Shown piece by piece: positions 1-15,365 of a DNA stretch of 64,000 nt. The DNA comes from the human T2T-CHM13v2.0 reference genome, Homo sapiens. The position numbers were made by a program, and so were the translations under genes. Under the pieces are notes generated by a model. That model worked only from the letters and a program-made list of their open reading frames with translations, made no database searches and was not told the DNA's origin. Positions within the stretch are counted from its first letter, which is position 1; each line of letters starts with the position of its first letter. The stretch is taken from assembly GCF_009914755.1 (NCBI RefSeq), contig NC_060927.1; one strand, written 5' to 3'.

Positions 1-800
1 CCAGCGCACAGCGCGTGCGGCGTTGCGGGAGTGGCGCGCGGGGAACCGGCCGCGGGGGCCTCGGGGCGGGGGCGTGGCCTGCGCGGGAGGCGGGCGCTGG
101 GAGGCGGCGCGGAGCCGGCTGAGCGCAGGGCCGAGCTGCGGGGCAGGTGGGCGCCCGGCGTTCTGGGAGCAGAGTGGCCGCCGGGGCAGGCTGGGGGCGG
201 GGTGGGCTGCAGCCCCGGGATGCCTCGGAGGAGGGGGTCTCAGATGGAGTCGGACGGAGGCCCCTCTGCTGTGGGCTTCTCGGATGGCCCCTTACCGTGA
301 ATACGGGGGACTCGTGAATCCCCAAGGCCCCAGTTGGTGGCTCTGGGGCCCTGGAGGCGGGCTGAGGGCTGAGTGGAGCCCGGTTCCGCGGCCGGCGAAG
401 GCAGAGCCCCGGCTCTCGGTGGGGGTCAGCCCGGGGCTGGCACAGCTGGCTCACTGGGAGAGGGTGGGAGCCGCGCCCCGGAGAGGAGGAACGGAGCTGG
501 GACGGGCTGCAGGAGGGAATGGCCGCAGGCCGGCAGGAGGAGGGGCGCGACCACCCGGCCGCCGGCCGATGGCGGATGAGGCTATGGGGGCTGAGACGCA
601 GTAGCGGCCCTGCACTTCTGGAGGATGCTCGAGGCCCGGCCCCCCAGGACGCAGGGCAGTGACGCTGCCGGTGCCGCTGCGGGGCGGGGGCTGCGGGCGC
701 TGCTTCTCTCCCTGACCGCAGCCGCTGGGATTTGGGGCTCCATGGGGGAGAGATCTGCTTACCAGCGCCTGGCTGGGGGCGAGGAGGGACCGCAGGTAAT
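1..800 (+). promoter_or_regulatory. TNK2: CpG island / GC-box promoter region around TNK2 alternative first exon
   Basis: Very high GC and CpG density with repeated GGGGCGGGG boxes. It encloses the ATG-bearing exon ending at 795. The island probably extends beyond the window start. Confidence 0.8.
625..795 (+). CDS. TNK2: TNK2 alternative coding first exon (N-terminal extension MLEARPP...GGEEGPQ)
   Basis: ATG at 625, 171 nt (57 codons), donor CAG|gtaatg, phase 0. It splices in frame to exon 2 ([12 protein letters not shown]). It matches a long ACK1 N-terminus as I recall it; the internal ATG (MGERSAY) is a second possible start. Confidence 0.8.
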
Positions 801-1350
801 GGGGAAGGCTAGGGGATAGCCAGATACCTGGGCCCCAGACCCCTTCGTCTGCTGTGAGCCGGGCTCAGCCCTGCCCCCTGCGGCGGCCTCAGGAGTGAGA
901 GTGTCTGCTCCTGGGCCAGGGGACAGAGAGCGGTGTGTTTATGTGGGTGTGGCGGTGGTGACTTAGTGATGCTGGCATCTGCCTGTGTGTGCATGGATCC
1001 CCTGGGACCCCAAAAAGCTGCCCGTTGGGCTTTCTTCCATGCCCCAAGGGAGTCCAGGAAGTACTGCTAGGATTGGGGTTCAGTCTTTTAGGAGAACTGA
1101 GTCTGTATGTCCTGGGCATTCCCGTTTACTAGGCTTCTGAATATGAATATCAAGCCAGATGTCCTTGTTTGCTTTTGAAAATATGGTCACGGTGTTGATG
1201 GATGGGGTAGCTTCCCTTCCCCTTGGAGAGAACGCACTTCCTCTCCCGACCGGCAGAGGGCAGTAGCTGACAGGAGAAAGGGGGACTCGGTAGGAGCGTT
1301 GGGGCTTAAGGTCGGGCTGTTTTCCTGGGCGAGGAGAAAGGGGGCCGGGC

Positions 1351-1614
1351 CGGGCCGGGCGCGGTGGCTCACGCCTGTCATCTCAGCACTTTGGGAGGCC
1401 GAGGCGGGCAGATCACCTGAGACGAGGACGCTGAGGTCAGGAATTCGGGACCAGCCTGGCCAACATGGCGGAAAAAAAAAAAATAGCTGGGCACGGTGGC
1501 GGGGGCCTGTAATCCCAGCTACTCGGGAGGCTGAGGCAGGAGAATCACTTGAACCCGGGATCGCGCCACTGCACTCAAGCCTGGGCGATAGAGCAAGACT
1601 CTCAAAAAAAAAAA
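1351..1614 (+). mobile_element. Alu (internally deleted/rearranged)
   Basis: GGCCGGGCGCGGTGGCTCAC start and A tail; parts of both arms are missing. Confidence 0.9.
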
Positions 1615-3554
1615 GGGGGTGGGGGTTCCAGGAGCCGGCCTGGCGCTGACCCACACATACTTTGCTTCTTCCCGCAGCTGGATTACTGGGCCAGTTACAG
1701 GTCTTGTTCTTACTGGACATCCAAGGTCAGGCATGGGGTTCTGGTGACTTTGAGACACATATTTCTGGGGACGCTAGAGTTTTTAATCTGGCCATTCTGA
1801 TCCAGCAGACCCATTTTGAAATAGAGGGAATAACCCTGCTTAAATTGTTCCCCGGCCCCCGGTCCCTGGGTCTCCTTCCAGGTGTGCTTGGTGCCAGGGT
1901 AAGGCTGTAGGCTTCTCTGATGCAAGGGCACAGTCAGCCAAGGTTTGGGGAAAAGTCAGCTCCAGTGTAACGCAGGCCTGATCTTGTCCACCTGACCTCA
2001 GCCCCCACTCCATCCACACCTGCCATCTCCACAAGCTTTGTGGGCTGGATGGCAGGGGGATGAGGAAGAGGGACTGAAGTTGGGGGTGTCCTTCTCCCCA
2101 CCTCCTGGAGTTAGACCAGGAAATGGCTGTCCCTTTTGGCATCATCAGGGAGGTCAAGTGCTGGGAGAGGCCCTGGGAAGGGAGCCTGGGATGCTGAGTC
2201 CCCAAAGCCCTGCTCCCCAGCTGCCCACCCCTCCAGCCAGCTGAGGCTCCCTGAGCTGGTGGCCAGCTGGACAGGGACAAGAGAGCAGTGTGCAAGAAAC
2301 AGGGGCTCCCTAGGCATGGCTCAGCAGGGAGGGGGGTGCCTGGGGAGCTGGAGAGGGCTTCCTGCAGCTGTCAGGTGTGTCTGGGGGCCGTAGCGAGGGG
2401 GTGTAAGAGCAGCTGGCACCCTTTGAGGAGGGCCAGAGAGATCATTTGTCAGTTCTAGAAACATGAGGGCCCCACGGGGGCTTGATGGAGTGTCTCTAGG
2501 CCCCTTAATCTGAGGCCGTGGTCTGTGTCAGGGGTTATACAGGAGACATCCTACAGCTTTGGGGTGGGGGCGTCCCAGCAGGAGTCTCAGGGCATATTTG
2601 TTTGTTTTGAGCGGGTTTGGGAACTTGGCCACCTGGTCTGAGTAGGAGGCACCCTGGGTGTTTGGGCAGCAGACAGGGCCACCCCAGGGGAGGGGGTGAG
2701 GATCCTCACCCCACCCTACCCTTGCTCTTGGCTGGACTGCCCCACTCTGGCAGGCTGCCGGCCGCCTATTTCCGTCGGGCACCAGGGTAACAGGGCCACA
2801 TCAGGGTCTGAGCCAGGAGACACCCAGCCAAGGCTGGGACTCGGGGGTGGGGGAGGGTCTCTGAGGAGTCATCGCAGGGCCCAGCGGAGCCTCTGGGGTC
2901 CAAGCCTCCCACTCAGGCTGTGTGTTAGTCCCCACGTCCCCACACAGGTCCATGAGGGAGTCCACAGCCCTGCTTCATACGTGCTGTTTGAGTCACATAG
3001 CCGCCACCCTAAAGTCCCAGGAGTTGTCTGCAACTGTGAGGGCTGGGGTAGAAGCCAGAGACAGGAGCTTTGTGTATGGGGAGGCAGGGGGGCCAGCGCG
3101 GGTGGCTGGGAGGAAGAGTCCCCCCCATTCCTGCCGCCCTCTTGGCAGTGATTCAGAAAGGTCCTTTTTCAGCCAGTGTCAGAGCTGCTCAGCTGGGGAG
3201 GGAGGGAGAGAGGGAGAGAGAGAGGCAGGCAAGAGGGAGGGCGGGCGGGCGGGCAGTTGGGTGGGGAAGCCGGGGAGTAGGGCTGGACTGTGACCACTGC
3301 CCTGGAGAGAAGACAGAAACAGGACAGAGGATCCTGGCTGCAGCCAGCGTGAGGAAAGCTCCTCTGCTCCCTGCCAGACCGGCCAGCTGTGGAAACCCAG
3401 CGGGGCTTGCAGCAGAGCGGAGGGGCCCACCCCGTTCTTCCTCATTTCCCACCCCTGGTGTGGGATTTGGGGGGCTCCTGGGCAGAGTGCGAAGCTCCGG
3501 AGCCGAGGCCACTGGATCCCCAGTGACTGCTCGGGGGGGTCCCGCTGCGTGGAG

Positions 3555-3632
3555 ATGCCGGCAGCACGTCGGTTCCCTGGCCTGGAGCTCTCCTTCCCTC
3601 TCCTGGCCAGACTGCGGCGACGCCTGTACACA
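3555..3632 (+). CDS. TNK2: TNK2 second alternative coding first exon (MPAARRFPGLELSFPLLARLRRRLYT)
   Basis: ATG at 3555, 78 nt (26 codons), strong donor ACA|gtgagt, phase 0, in frame with exon 2. It is not listed as a separate ORF in the track; I read it by hand. Confidence 0.8.
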
Positions 3633-4621
3633 GTGAGTGGGGGGCAGGGGCTGGACTGCCGGGGACTGGTTGGGCTCCTCAGCACCAGCACTTGACTGAG
3701 AGGCAGAAAGCAAGACTGGGAGCGGCTGAGGGACCCCGCCAGTGAGGGCTTGACGGGGAGTCCGGGCCAAGTGGCCTCTCCTGCGGCTGCTGCATTCCTT
3801 CTTCTTGGCCTGTGTGTTTGCACGCCGGCCACAGAGTAGTGACGGACACAGGTGTGCAGACTCCATGAGGTGCGGGGGCCAGGACCATGCAGAATTGGAG
3901 AGTGTTTGAACTCTGGAGGAGCTGCAGCCATGCCCTGTGCTGCACAAAGAACCTTGGGCTGGAGGGGGACTTAGAGGGGAGGCGGACCCCTGCGGAGTCA
4001 CCCTGGACTGAGACCCTGACCGCTTGCCTCACCAGCATCCCGGAGTTCCTTCCCGTCCTCCCACATGCATCCCCTGTGCAGAGCTGCGCTGTTGCTGGGT
4101 CAGGGAGCATGGAGTGCACAGCTGAACAGAGGTGCATTAGCTGGTGTTTCAGGGAGAGGGAACAGGCCGGGCTGTGCTTTCTGAAGAGCTTCAGGGGAGG
4201 GGCCTCTGGGTCTCCCCCAGCCCTGACCACCCCGGGCATGGCTTTGAGCTGTTTTCAGGAGCCTAGAGGAGGGGGCCTGGATCCTTGGGAGTTGGTGGTG
4301 GGAAAAAGAAGAGGAGCCCTGGAGACTGCTCTCCCTGCGGGAGACTAGGAGCCTCCATCCTGAGGCTGAGCCCTGGAGCGGGGGGGTCACTTTGCTCCAG
4401 GGACAGGGCAGCGGTGGCTGTGGCCGGGTGGAGAGGAGACGCTGCCTAGGCCCGTGACTCCTAGTGTGCCTCTGGGCTTGCTTCCGGAAAGCCACGACGC
4501 CTGGTCCTCTTAAACCCCACGCCTCTTGTTTTGTAAACAGATGATTTTGTTGAGGATAAATGAATACAGCTTAATACTTAGAACTGTTCCTCGCATATAG
4601 TAAGTGCAGTTGAAGTGTTAG

Positions 4622-4906
<285 letters not shown>

Positions 4907-5306
4907 TAGATGTTATTTTTATTGTTACTTGTCTTAAATAAAGTTAATAGAAATATATAACCTGTTATATTAACATGTTAACCTGTGTACAGTGAAACAA
5001 GCAACACAGTGGGAACTCTAATATAAAGAGACATAAGAGGAAGGTAATAATATTTTATGTATCCTAATACGTTAGTAACCTAGACAATGTAGTGAGGAGT
5101 CAGATCCTGAGACCTCAGGTGGAAACACCGTGAAGGCAGCATCTGCAAGTGCTGACCGAGAGGGGAGTTTTGAAATAATGAGAGGGGGTTGCCTTCACTG
5201 ACATTTTTGCAAATAGTGGACTTCTGCTATGTTCTGAATAAAGCAAAGTCCATTTTCCCTTAAGTTTACACAGTAGTTTCATTCCAGGAAAATTTATTTT
5301 ATATTA

Positions 5307-5615
<309 letters not shown>

Positions 5616-7435
5616 TTATATATAAAGTGGGATCATATTCTAGGTTTGCATGATCATAAACACCTTCATGAATTGAGTTGTGTGGGATTTGGGACAGTGC
5701 GAGAATGTCCTACGCATTGCAGGCTAGCTCACGCTCTTGTCCCCCAACCACCCACTGAATGTCACTAAGGCCCCCCCAAATGTTGTGGCAACCAGAACTG
5801 TCCCATAGGGGGCTGTGCAGCCTCATGAGAACCATTCCAGTAAAGGGTTACAGCTTTAAGTTTGGAAACCACCCGGCTGGCCCAGCTGCCTGGCCCGGTC
5901 GCCGAGGTGGAAGAGCCAGGATTTGAACTGAGAGTTTCTCATTCCCCTTTGTTACTCTTTGTACTTCCCTGAGCTGCCTGAAAAAGTCGGAACTGGCACT
6001 GTGTTGGCAGGGCCACTGGGAACTGTGGGGGCAGGAGGCTCACGCTGGGCCCAGGCTGTGTGTGCCTGCTTCTCAGTGCTGCTCACTGTGATGGGAGCTG
6101 GGGAGGAGGCCACCGCTGAGTGGGGGAGGGGGATGGCTTGGTCCCCAGCCGGGCAGCTGGCCTTTTTTCTCTCGCCTGTTCCTCTTTGGGGATTGAGCAT
6201 GGGTCCGGGGCTAGCCTGGCCACGCCCTCAGCTCTGACATACCTTACGCAGACAGGGATGGGTTTGCTGTGCGGTGGGTCCGCTTGCTTAGCTTTGAAGG
6301 TGCCACCAGCTTCTTTATCTGGGCCCAGGATAGTGTAGGTCAGAGGTCACTCTCCGGTACCACTGGCTGATTGCGGCCTGCAGTGTGCTTTGGCCAGCAC
6401 GCTGTGTGTGCGTGTGCATGCTTTTCAGATCTGAACTATTCAGCATTGTTAAAAAGTCAGGAGAAAGACGAATATTAAGTGAAATCAGGGAACAGAATGG
6501 TATGGTTAATGCGTGAATATTCGTGTAGGGACAACACAGTCTGAAGCGTCCGCAGAAGACATCACTGGCAACTCCTGGGGAGCCGGGTGGCTGTGCAGCT
6601 GGGGAGGGAATGAGATTCGTGGCTCAGTGTGCCTTCTGAATATTTTACCACGTGCATATATTACCTTTTCCAAACTTTAATGGTGAGATTTCACATGTAA
6701 ATTGGGATTTATTTCTTGAAAAAATGGAAAGCTTTGACAACACTGGGCCACAGTTTCTTCTGACAACCATTGATGGGATCTGAGCTCCCTGTTGACAGGG
6801 GTGTCTGCGAGCCCACCGCAGGCCCCACCCCTCCCTCCTGTCTTCCGCTTGCTGTGGCCCTGTAGGCACTTGAGTGGTGGCCCGTGGAGTGGTCTTTGGA
6901 TTGTTAGGAGAGGCTGGGGTGGTCAGGCGCTGGGAGGAACTTAGCTTAGAGCTCATCTGACCCTGAGAGTTTTCTCCGTCACATCTAAGGAGCCCATAGA
7001 TGGGTCTCGGGGCACATTGCACCCTAGAGATTTTTATCAAATATTAGGAGTAAGAACACGTCGGTGTTCCCGGAGAGACCACTGTTAGTTTTTAAAAGAT
7101 TTTCAAGGACTTTCGACCCCTAGAAACTTAGAGCAGGAATGTGAGCACAGGTTGATCTTGGGTCACTCAGTCACAGATCACATTTCGGGAGCAAGACCCT
7201 GACTCCTGACTCCAGGGCCAGGGCTGTATCTCCGCCGCCCTAATTGTGCCCTGTGGCTGGCAGGAATAGGGGACGTGGGTCCAGGCGGTTCTCGGTAGCT
7301 TCCCTCGGGAGTCAGAAGGTGGTGTGAGCCCTTCCGGGTGGCCGTGTAGTGGGATGAAGGTGAGCCCAGGTCACTCGGGCAGGCCCCTGTTGTCCCCCCA
7401 CAACCCTTGTCCCTGAGCCACTCCTCCCCCCACAG

Positions 7436-7616
7436 AGGCTGGGAGGCGGCAGAATGCAGCCAGAGGAGGGCACAGGCTGGCTGCTGGAGCTGCTGTCCGA
7501 GGTGCAGCTGCAACAGTACTTCCTGCGGCTCCGAGATGACCTCAACGTCACCCGCCTGTCCCACTTTGAGTACGTCAAGAATGAGGACCTGGAGAAGATC
7601 GGCATGGGTCGGCCTG
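7436..7616 (+). CDS. TNK2: TNK2 exon 2 (canonical ATG 7454; SAM domain)
   Basis: Acceptor ccacag|AGG; [55 protein letters not shown]; donor G|gtaggt. Confidence 0.97.
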
Positions 7617-8029
7617 GTAGGTGGGATGTTGGCCTGGCTTGTCTTGCCCCTGACCCTTTCCGTCCTCTGTCCTCAGGACCACTCGGTGCACGGGTGGCAG
7701 CTGAGAACTCTGTCCCAGAGCCCTGAGGGAGCAGGAGGGACATCAGTAGGTGCTGATGTGTGATGAGAACAGTTGGCAGTTATAAAGGTGAATTGGAGTT
7801 TGAGGAGAGTGAGGCCTTCCCTAAAGCTGGCTACACAGGAGTCACTCCATGCCCCGTTGTGATTGTTCTCACGTAGAGTGTATGTCCTCCATTGCCCCTC
7901 CTTCATAAGCATCGAATTGAGTCTGTTCTCATCATTCTGACTACCGGGGGGTCCATGTGCAGAGATCTGTAGGGAGAACGCTAACTCTCAGATGGTTTGC
8001 TGATTCGTGCTCACGCTCTCTTTCTTGCT

Positions 8030-8317
8030 CTCTCACACGCACACACGCATGCACACGCACAGGCATACACACACACACACACACGCAGGCACACACGCAC
8101 ATGCGCACACACGTGCACGCACGCATGCACGTGCACACACGCATGCACGTGCGTACGCACGCGCTCACACGCCTGCGCACACAGACACGCACACACACAC
8201 ACACGTGTGTGCGCACACCCGCATGCACACGCACGGCATACACACATGTACACACACACGCGCGCAGACGCACACACGTGCGCACACGCGTGTGCACACA
8301 CACGCACATACACACAG
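8030..8317. repeat. ~290-bp (CA)n/(CG)-mixed alternating purine-pyrimidine tract
   Basis: cacacacgcacatgcgcacacacgtgcacgc... throughout. Confidence 0.95.
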
Positions 8318-8434
8318 GTTTGCTCTGATTTGAGTTCAACCCTTATCTTCATATTTTTCCTAAAAGTGGGGGTTGTAGCATCTAAAAGTCATGATGTTCT
8401 TCATAGAACATTAGAAACGTATTAGGGCTTTCAA

Positions 8435-8630
8435 GTTAAAATAGCTAAATAGGTAATAATGTGTCAAGTTAGACACTGACTTAGTTAAAATAGCTAAATA
8501 GGTAATAATGTGTCAAGTTAGACACTGACTTAGTTAAAATAGCTAAATAGGTAATAACGTGTCAAGTTAGACACTGACTTAGTTAAAATAGCTAAATAGG
8601 TAGTAATGTGCTAAGTTAGACATTGATTTA
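8435..8630. repeat. 49-bp AT-rich tandem repeat x4
   Basis: GTTAAAATAGCTAAATAGGTAATAATGTGTCAAGTTAGACACTGACTTA at 8435, 8484, 8533 and 8582. Confidence 0.95.
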
Positions 8631-8994
8631 TGCTACTTTAGGCCTGGATAGTTGGTGTCTGATGCCAGTAGCATAAAAAAATTTTACGGAGGGAAAAAAA
8701 CCTCAACATTGAGAAAATTCTGTTCATTACCTTGATTTTTCCTGAGAACTGGGAGAAGCCCATCGCTTCAAGTTTTTGGTTAAACACCTTCACCCAGTTT
8801 GAGAGCCAGTGCCAGGAAGTGGAGTGCAGAGACCGTCGGTCAGTTGAGGCTCCGGGTTAGTTGGGGTTGATTTCATTGCTATCATCGGGTGGGCGGTGTC
8901 TAGTGACAGGCTCACCCCCAAGGGGACCACAGGCAGCAGCCTCTCTCGGGCTACGGCGGCCTTCACAGCACGCGGTTCCCCGCTCTCCCTGCAG

Positions 8995-9065
8995 GCCAGC
9001 GGCGGCTGTGGGAGGCTGTGAAGAGGAGGAAGGCCTTGTGCAAACGCAAGTCGTGGATGAGTAAG
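8995..9065 (+). CDS. TNK2: TNK2 exon 3 (SAM end, basic stretch)
   Basis: ctgcag|GC...AGTAAG|gtgggt; 71 nt; [24 protein letters not shown]; restores phase 0. Confidence 0.95.
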
Positions 9066-10954
9066 GTGGGTGAGGAGGTGGGTGAGGAGGTGGGAGGGGG
9101 GCAGCCTCGAACGCCCCCCTCCGCTTCTGGTCCTGGGAACCTTCCCCAGCTCCCCGGCAGGTCGAATCTCGCCGTTCTGCCGGCACTTTGTACAGGACCC
9201 CCTCGTCCAGGGTCTTATCGGGCAGGGCACTTGTAGAGCTGCTGGGCTAAGTGTCTGTCTCCGCCAGATACGGACACGTGAGCAGCCTGTGTGCGGTGAG
9301 GCCTTCACAGCCCCTCTCGGCACGCCTGGAACAGGACCTCATTGACAAGTGTGCCTTAACTTAGCCCTGCTGTGTCTGAGCGTTGGGGCCAGTGTCCAGC
9401 GTGGGGTGGTGGACCTGTCTGGACCCAGAACGTCTTTGCTTGGCTTCCCTCCTCCCTGACCCTCTCTAATCTCTGGGTTTCTCTGGTCATCTGTCCCTGC
9501 TGACAGCTTCCTTCCCCACAGCCTGTCCCCACCTCTCCCCACACCTTGTCCTAATTTGGGTCTGTGGTGTAGTGAGTCCCTGGTCTGACTCAGTGGAACT
9601 TTGCCCATTGTCTGGAAGACAATGAGAGAGGAAGTGAGCCAGCCGTGGTCTTTCCTCCCCACTTCTGGCTTCAGGGCTGGGTTGGGGGGTGGGCAGGGCC
9701 GAACAGCTGCAGTGGGATTGGGCAGCAGAGATTTTCCTGGCTGCAATCCGGCAAAGGGGCTGTCTCTTGGGATCCTTTGGCTTTTCCTGGAAACACTGTC
9801 CTGGTCCTTTGCCCGGGTTTTAGGGAAGGATGAGTAGTGTCGGGATGGTGGAGGCAGGAGAAGAGAGCAGCGTGGTTTGCTGAGATTTAGGGGTCTTGGA
9901 TCTGCCACTGGCTCCTGATAGGTCCCTGGGCGGTCAGTGGCCTCCAGATTTTTGTTGTGTCTTCAGTGAAATGATACCGGTCCCCACTGCCCAGCTCACC
10001 TCCCGGGGCTGCAGGAGGCACCGGAGATAATGGCTGTAGAGGGTCTTGTAACCTGAACATTGCTTGCAAACATAAGGAATTCTAGTTACTGGGAGGAAGC
10101 ACAGGGCAGAGGCCAGAAGAGGCCCTCAGATTTGAGGCACCCTAGCCCAGACGGATAAGGATCCACCAGCTCTGGGGGCGTGAGACCCAAGCTGGCAAGA
10201 ATCTGCAATCTGGAGCCAAGGCTGTGGGTGCCTCAGTGGAGGCCGAGTCAGACCGACGTGGCCAGCTTTGACCCTCATGGCCTCCTTTCTTCTGTCCCTT
10301 GACCTTCGGCTCCTCCCTGTCCACCCTGGCCTCCGAGTCTCCTCCACTTTTCCTTCCGTCTCAGCCCTCAGCTCTAGGCGCCCCTCCAGAGACCCAGCTG
10401 TCTTCCCAGGCCCCTTCCCAGCAAGGACTAGCTTCATCTGAACCACACACACGCTCACGGTTCAACCTCAGACTAAAATTATCCTCTCCCCTGGGCAGGA
10501 TGAAGGGCAGCCGACTCCCTGGTGAGGGTGGAGACAGACAGCACCAAATGGTCAGGCCAGAGAAGGGGCCAGGGCTAAAAATGGACAAGGAGGTGTCTGT
10601 GGAGGGCCCCTGCGGCTCCATCGATGCGGGTTAGGGCTGGAGTCTGCGGGGTGGCGGGTGCAGGAAGGGAGGGTGGGGCAGGACTGGGAGGAGACTCCGA
10701 CCTTGGCTGGGCGGTGCCCTCCCTCTCCACACAGCTGGGTGTGGGGCCGCTCAGCCACAGGCTGCATGCCTGTCGGTCTCTTTCTGGCACCCTCCTTGAG
10801 GCCAGCATCAGGCTTTGGGTTCATGTTTGGGGGTGTGCCCTGGACGGAGTGTGGGCCTCCAGCCAGGCTGCCCCACTGGCAGTTTGGCAAAACCAGGACC
10901 TATCTGGAAGCCGAAGCCGGGGATCACCAGGTGGACCCAGCGGGGTGGGACTGA

Positions 10955-11697
<743 letters not shown>

Positions 11698-12209
11698 TAA
11701 GCACATTTATTATTTCAACTATAAAAATAATTTATTATAAAAGTTTGGAAAGTATTTGAAAAACAAGAAAAAAAAAATCGCCTGTAATCCCACCACTCAG
11801 AGGAAGCCGAGCCTCTTCCTCCCACTTTAGGTATTTTGTTGGATTTAGTTAAGATACAAATTCTGGATACAGCTTTTAAAATCTTGTTCTTTCTTCTCGG
11901 CGTTGCATTTAACATTTTCCCCTCAGGGATAACGTGTCACCACAGCATACAGTTCTGGTGTGACTGTTTCCTGTGCAGCAGCCGTGTCCTTACTGCTCAG
12001 ATCACGTGCGGTGCATTCCCAGCACCTCAGAGGGCTCCTCATTCTCCGTCCACTCAGTGCGTCCTTCTCCCGGGGAAGCCGCTGTCACTCAGTGCATCCT
12101 TCTCCCGGGGAAGCCGCTGTGCAGACTTCCAGCTCCACAGCTTTGTTTTTGGCATTACATTTACAGCATTTTCCTTCTACAGCAAAACACCTTTTAATAT
12201 TCCATTTTA

Positions 12210-12426
<217 letters not shown>

Positions 12427-12648
12427 TTATAACATTTGAATATTCTCTCATCATACTGGTTATCTCTTACTTTTTGGTTGGTATTTAAGCCCGGCATTCC
12501 CCCAGGAAGGGGAGGTGTGGCCGACGATGGCTCCTGAGGGCCAGCCGTCTGCCCTTCTCCAGCCAGGCCTCACGCAGAGCACGTAAGCCCAGGCACTGGT
12601 GACATGCTTACCCACCCAGATGAGGAGCTCACAGGCAGGGATCGTTGA

Positions 12649-12981
<333 letters not shown>

Positions 12982-13148
12982 TAGATCCTACTTTGGTCCC
13001 CCAACCTGATGGAGTAAAGGGGTCCACAGGGGCCCAGCCTGGTACGGGCTGTGTCTGCTGCGGTCCAGTCCGGGTCTGTCTCTGGATTTTGCTGGTGCTC
13101 AGTGTCAAGAGAGTTACTCCCATGGGAGGGGCTGGCCACTGAGTTTAA

Positions 13149-13466
<318 letters not shown>

Positions 13467-13646
13467 GAGTTTTGGAATTTCTAGCCACTGCCTCTTTGGG
13501 CTCCTTCTCTCTAGGCATCAGTTTCCCAAATTGCCTCGAGGGAGAGGCCTGAGAAACTGCAGGACTCCTAGAGGTCCCCAGACAGCAGGCCAGGAAGGTG
13601 CGTGCAGCCTGGCTCTGGAAAGCCTTCAGGAAGGGGACTGGGGGCC

Positions 13647-13992
<346 letters not shown>

Positions 13993-14204
13993 TGAGGGGC
14001 AGGTGCTGCCAGCTCACAGAGTCCCTGCAGACCCAGGCCTCAAAGCTTCTGGGGCTTTCTGGACCCACCACAGCCCCTGGTTTTGCTTGGGCCTGCCCTT
14101 GTCTGTTCTAAGCCTGGGGTGCCCTCCTTTGCACCCATTCGCTCACCATCCATCTAGGAATTCTTGAGGGCCCACGTGCCAGGGTCTGGGTGCTGGAAAT
14201 CACA

Positions 14205-15365
14205 GGGATACATGCTGTGGGACTCTCCAAGGGGCTTTGCTGGGTGGGGTGATACGGGGATAGATGCTGTGTCCTCTCCAAGGGGCATTGTTGGGGGTCG
14301 TGTTTCAGGGATAGATCCTGTGTCCTCTCCAAGGGGCATTGCTGGCGGGGGGGTGTTATAGGGATAAATGCTGTGTCCTCTCCAAAGGGCGTTGCTGGGG
14401 GGGGGTGTTACAAGGATAGATGCTGTGTCCTCTTCAAGGGGCATCGCTGGGGGGGTGTTACAGGGATAGATGCTGTGTCCTCTTCAAGGGGCATTGCTGG
14501 GGGGGGTGTTACAGGGATAGATGCCGTGTCCTCTCCAAGGGGCGTTGCTGGGGGGGGTGTTAGAGGGACAGATCCTGTGTCCTCTCCAAGGGGCATCGCT
14601 GGGGGCGGGTGTTACAGGGATAGATGCTGTGTCCTCTCCAAGGGGCACTGCTGGGGGGGTGTTACAGGGATAGATGCTGTGTCCTCTCCAAGGGGCACTG
14701 CTGGGGGGGTGTTAGAGGGACAGATCCTGTGTCCTCTTCAAGGGGCATTGCTGGCGGGTGGTGTTAGAGGGATAGACACTGTGTCCTCTCCAAGGGGCAT
14801 CGCTGGGGGCGGGTGTTACAGGGATAGACGCTGTGTCCTCTCCAAGGGGCATTGCTGGGGGGGTGTTACAGGGATAGATGCTGTGTCCTCTCCAAGGGGC
14901 ATTGCTGGGGGGCGGGTGTTACAGGGTTAGATGCTGTGTCCTCTCCAAGGGGCATTGCTGGGGGGGGTGTTACAGGGATAGATGCTGTGTCCTCTCCAAG
15001 GGGCATTGCTGGGGGGGTGTTACAGGGATAGATGCTGTGTCCTCTCCGAGGGTCATTGCTGAGTTAGGTGATACAGGGATATATGCTGTGTCCTCTTCAA
15101 GGGGCATTGCTGGGGGGGTGTTACAGGGATAGATGCTGTGTCCTCTCCAAGGGGCATTGCTGGGGGGCGGGTGTTACAGGGTTAGATGCTGTGTCCTCTC
15201 CAAGGGGCATTGCTGGGGGGGGGTGTTACAGGGATAGATGCTGTGTCCTCTCCGAGGGTCATTGCTGAGTTAGGTGATACAGGGATATATGCTGTGTCCT
15301 CTTCAAGGGGCATTGCTGGGGGGGTGTTACAGGGATAGATGCTGTGTCCTCTCCAAGGGGCATTT
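14205..15365. repeat. ~50-52-bp G-rich VNTR, about 22-23 copies (intron 6)
   Basis: Unit GGGATAGATGCTGTGTCCTCTCCAAGGGGCATTGCTG(G)nTGTTACA. Confidence 0.97.

Noticed and set aside
23-604. 193-aa ORF in the CpG island
   Set aside because: Non-ATG start and Gly/Arg/Ala low-complexity product, typical of stop-poor GC-rich DNA.
7941-8425. His/Thr- and Cys/Val-rich ORFs
   Set aside because: Translations of the CA-type repeat.
8431-8450. CAAGTTAAAATAGCTA resembles part of the SpCas9 tracrRNA scaffold, and the tandem units look array-like
   Set aside because: Short AT-rich chance match. The units are contiguous with no unique spacers, and this is human DNA with no cas genes, so it is not CRISPR.
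14373-15268. Repetitive ORFs in the intron 6 VNTR
   Set aside because: Repeat translations without splice or start support.
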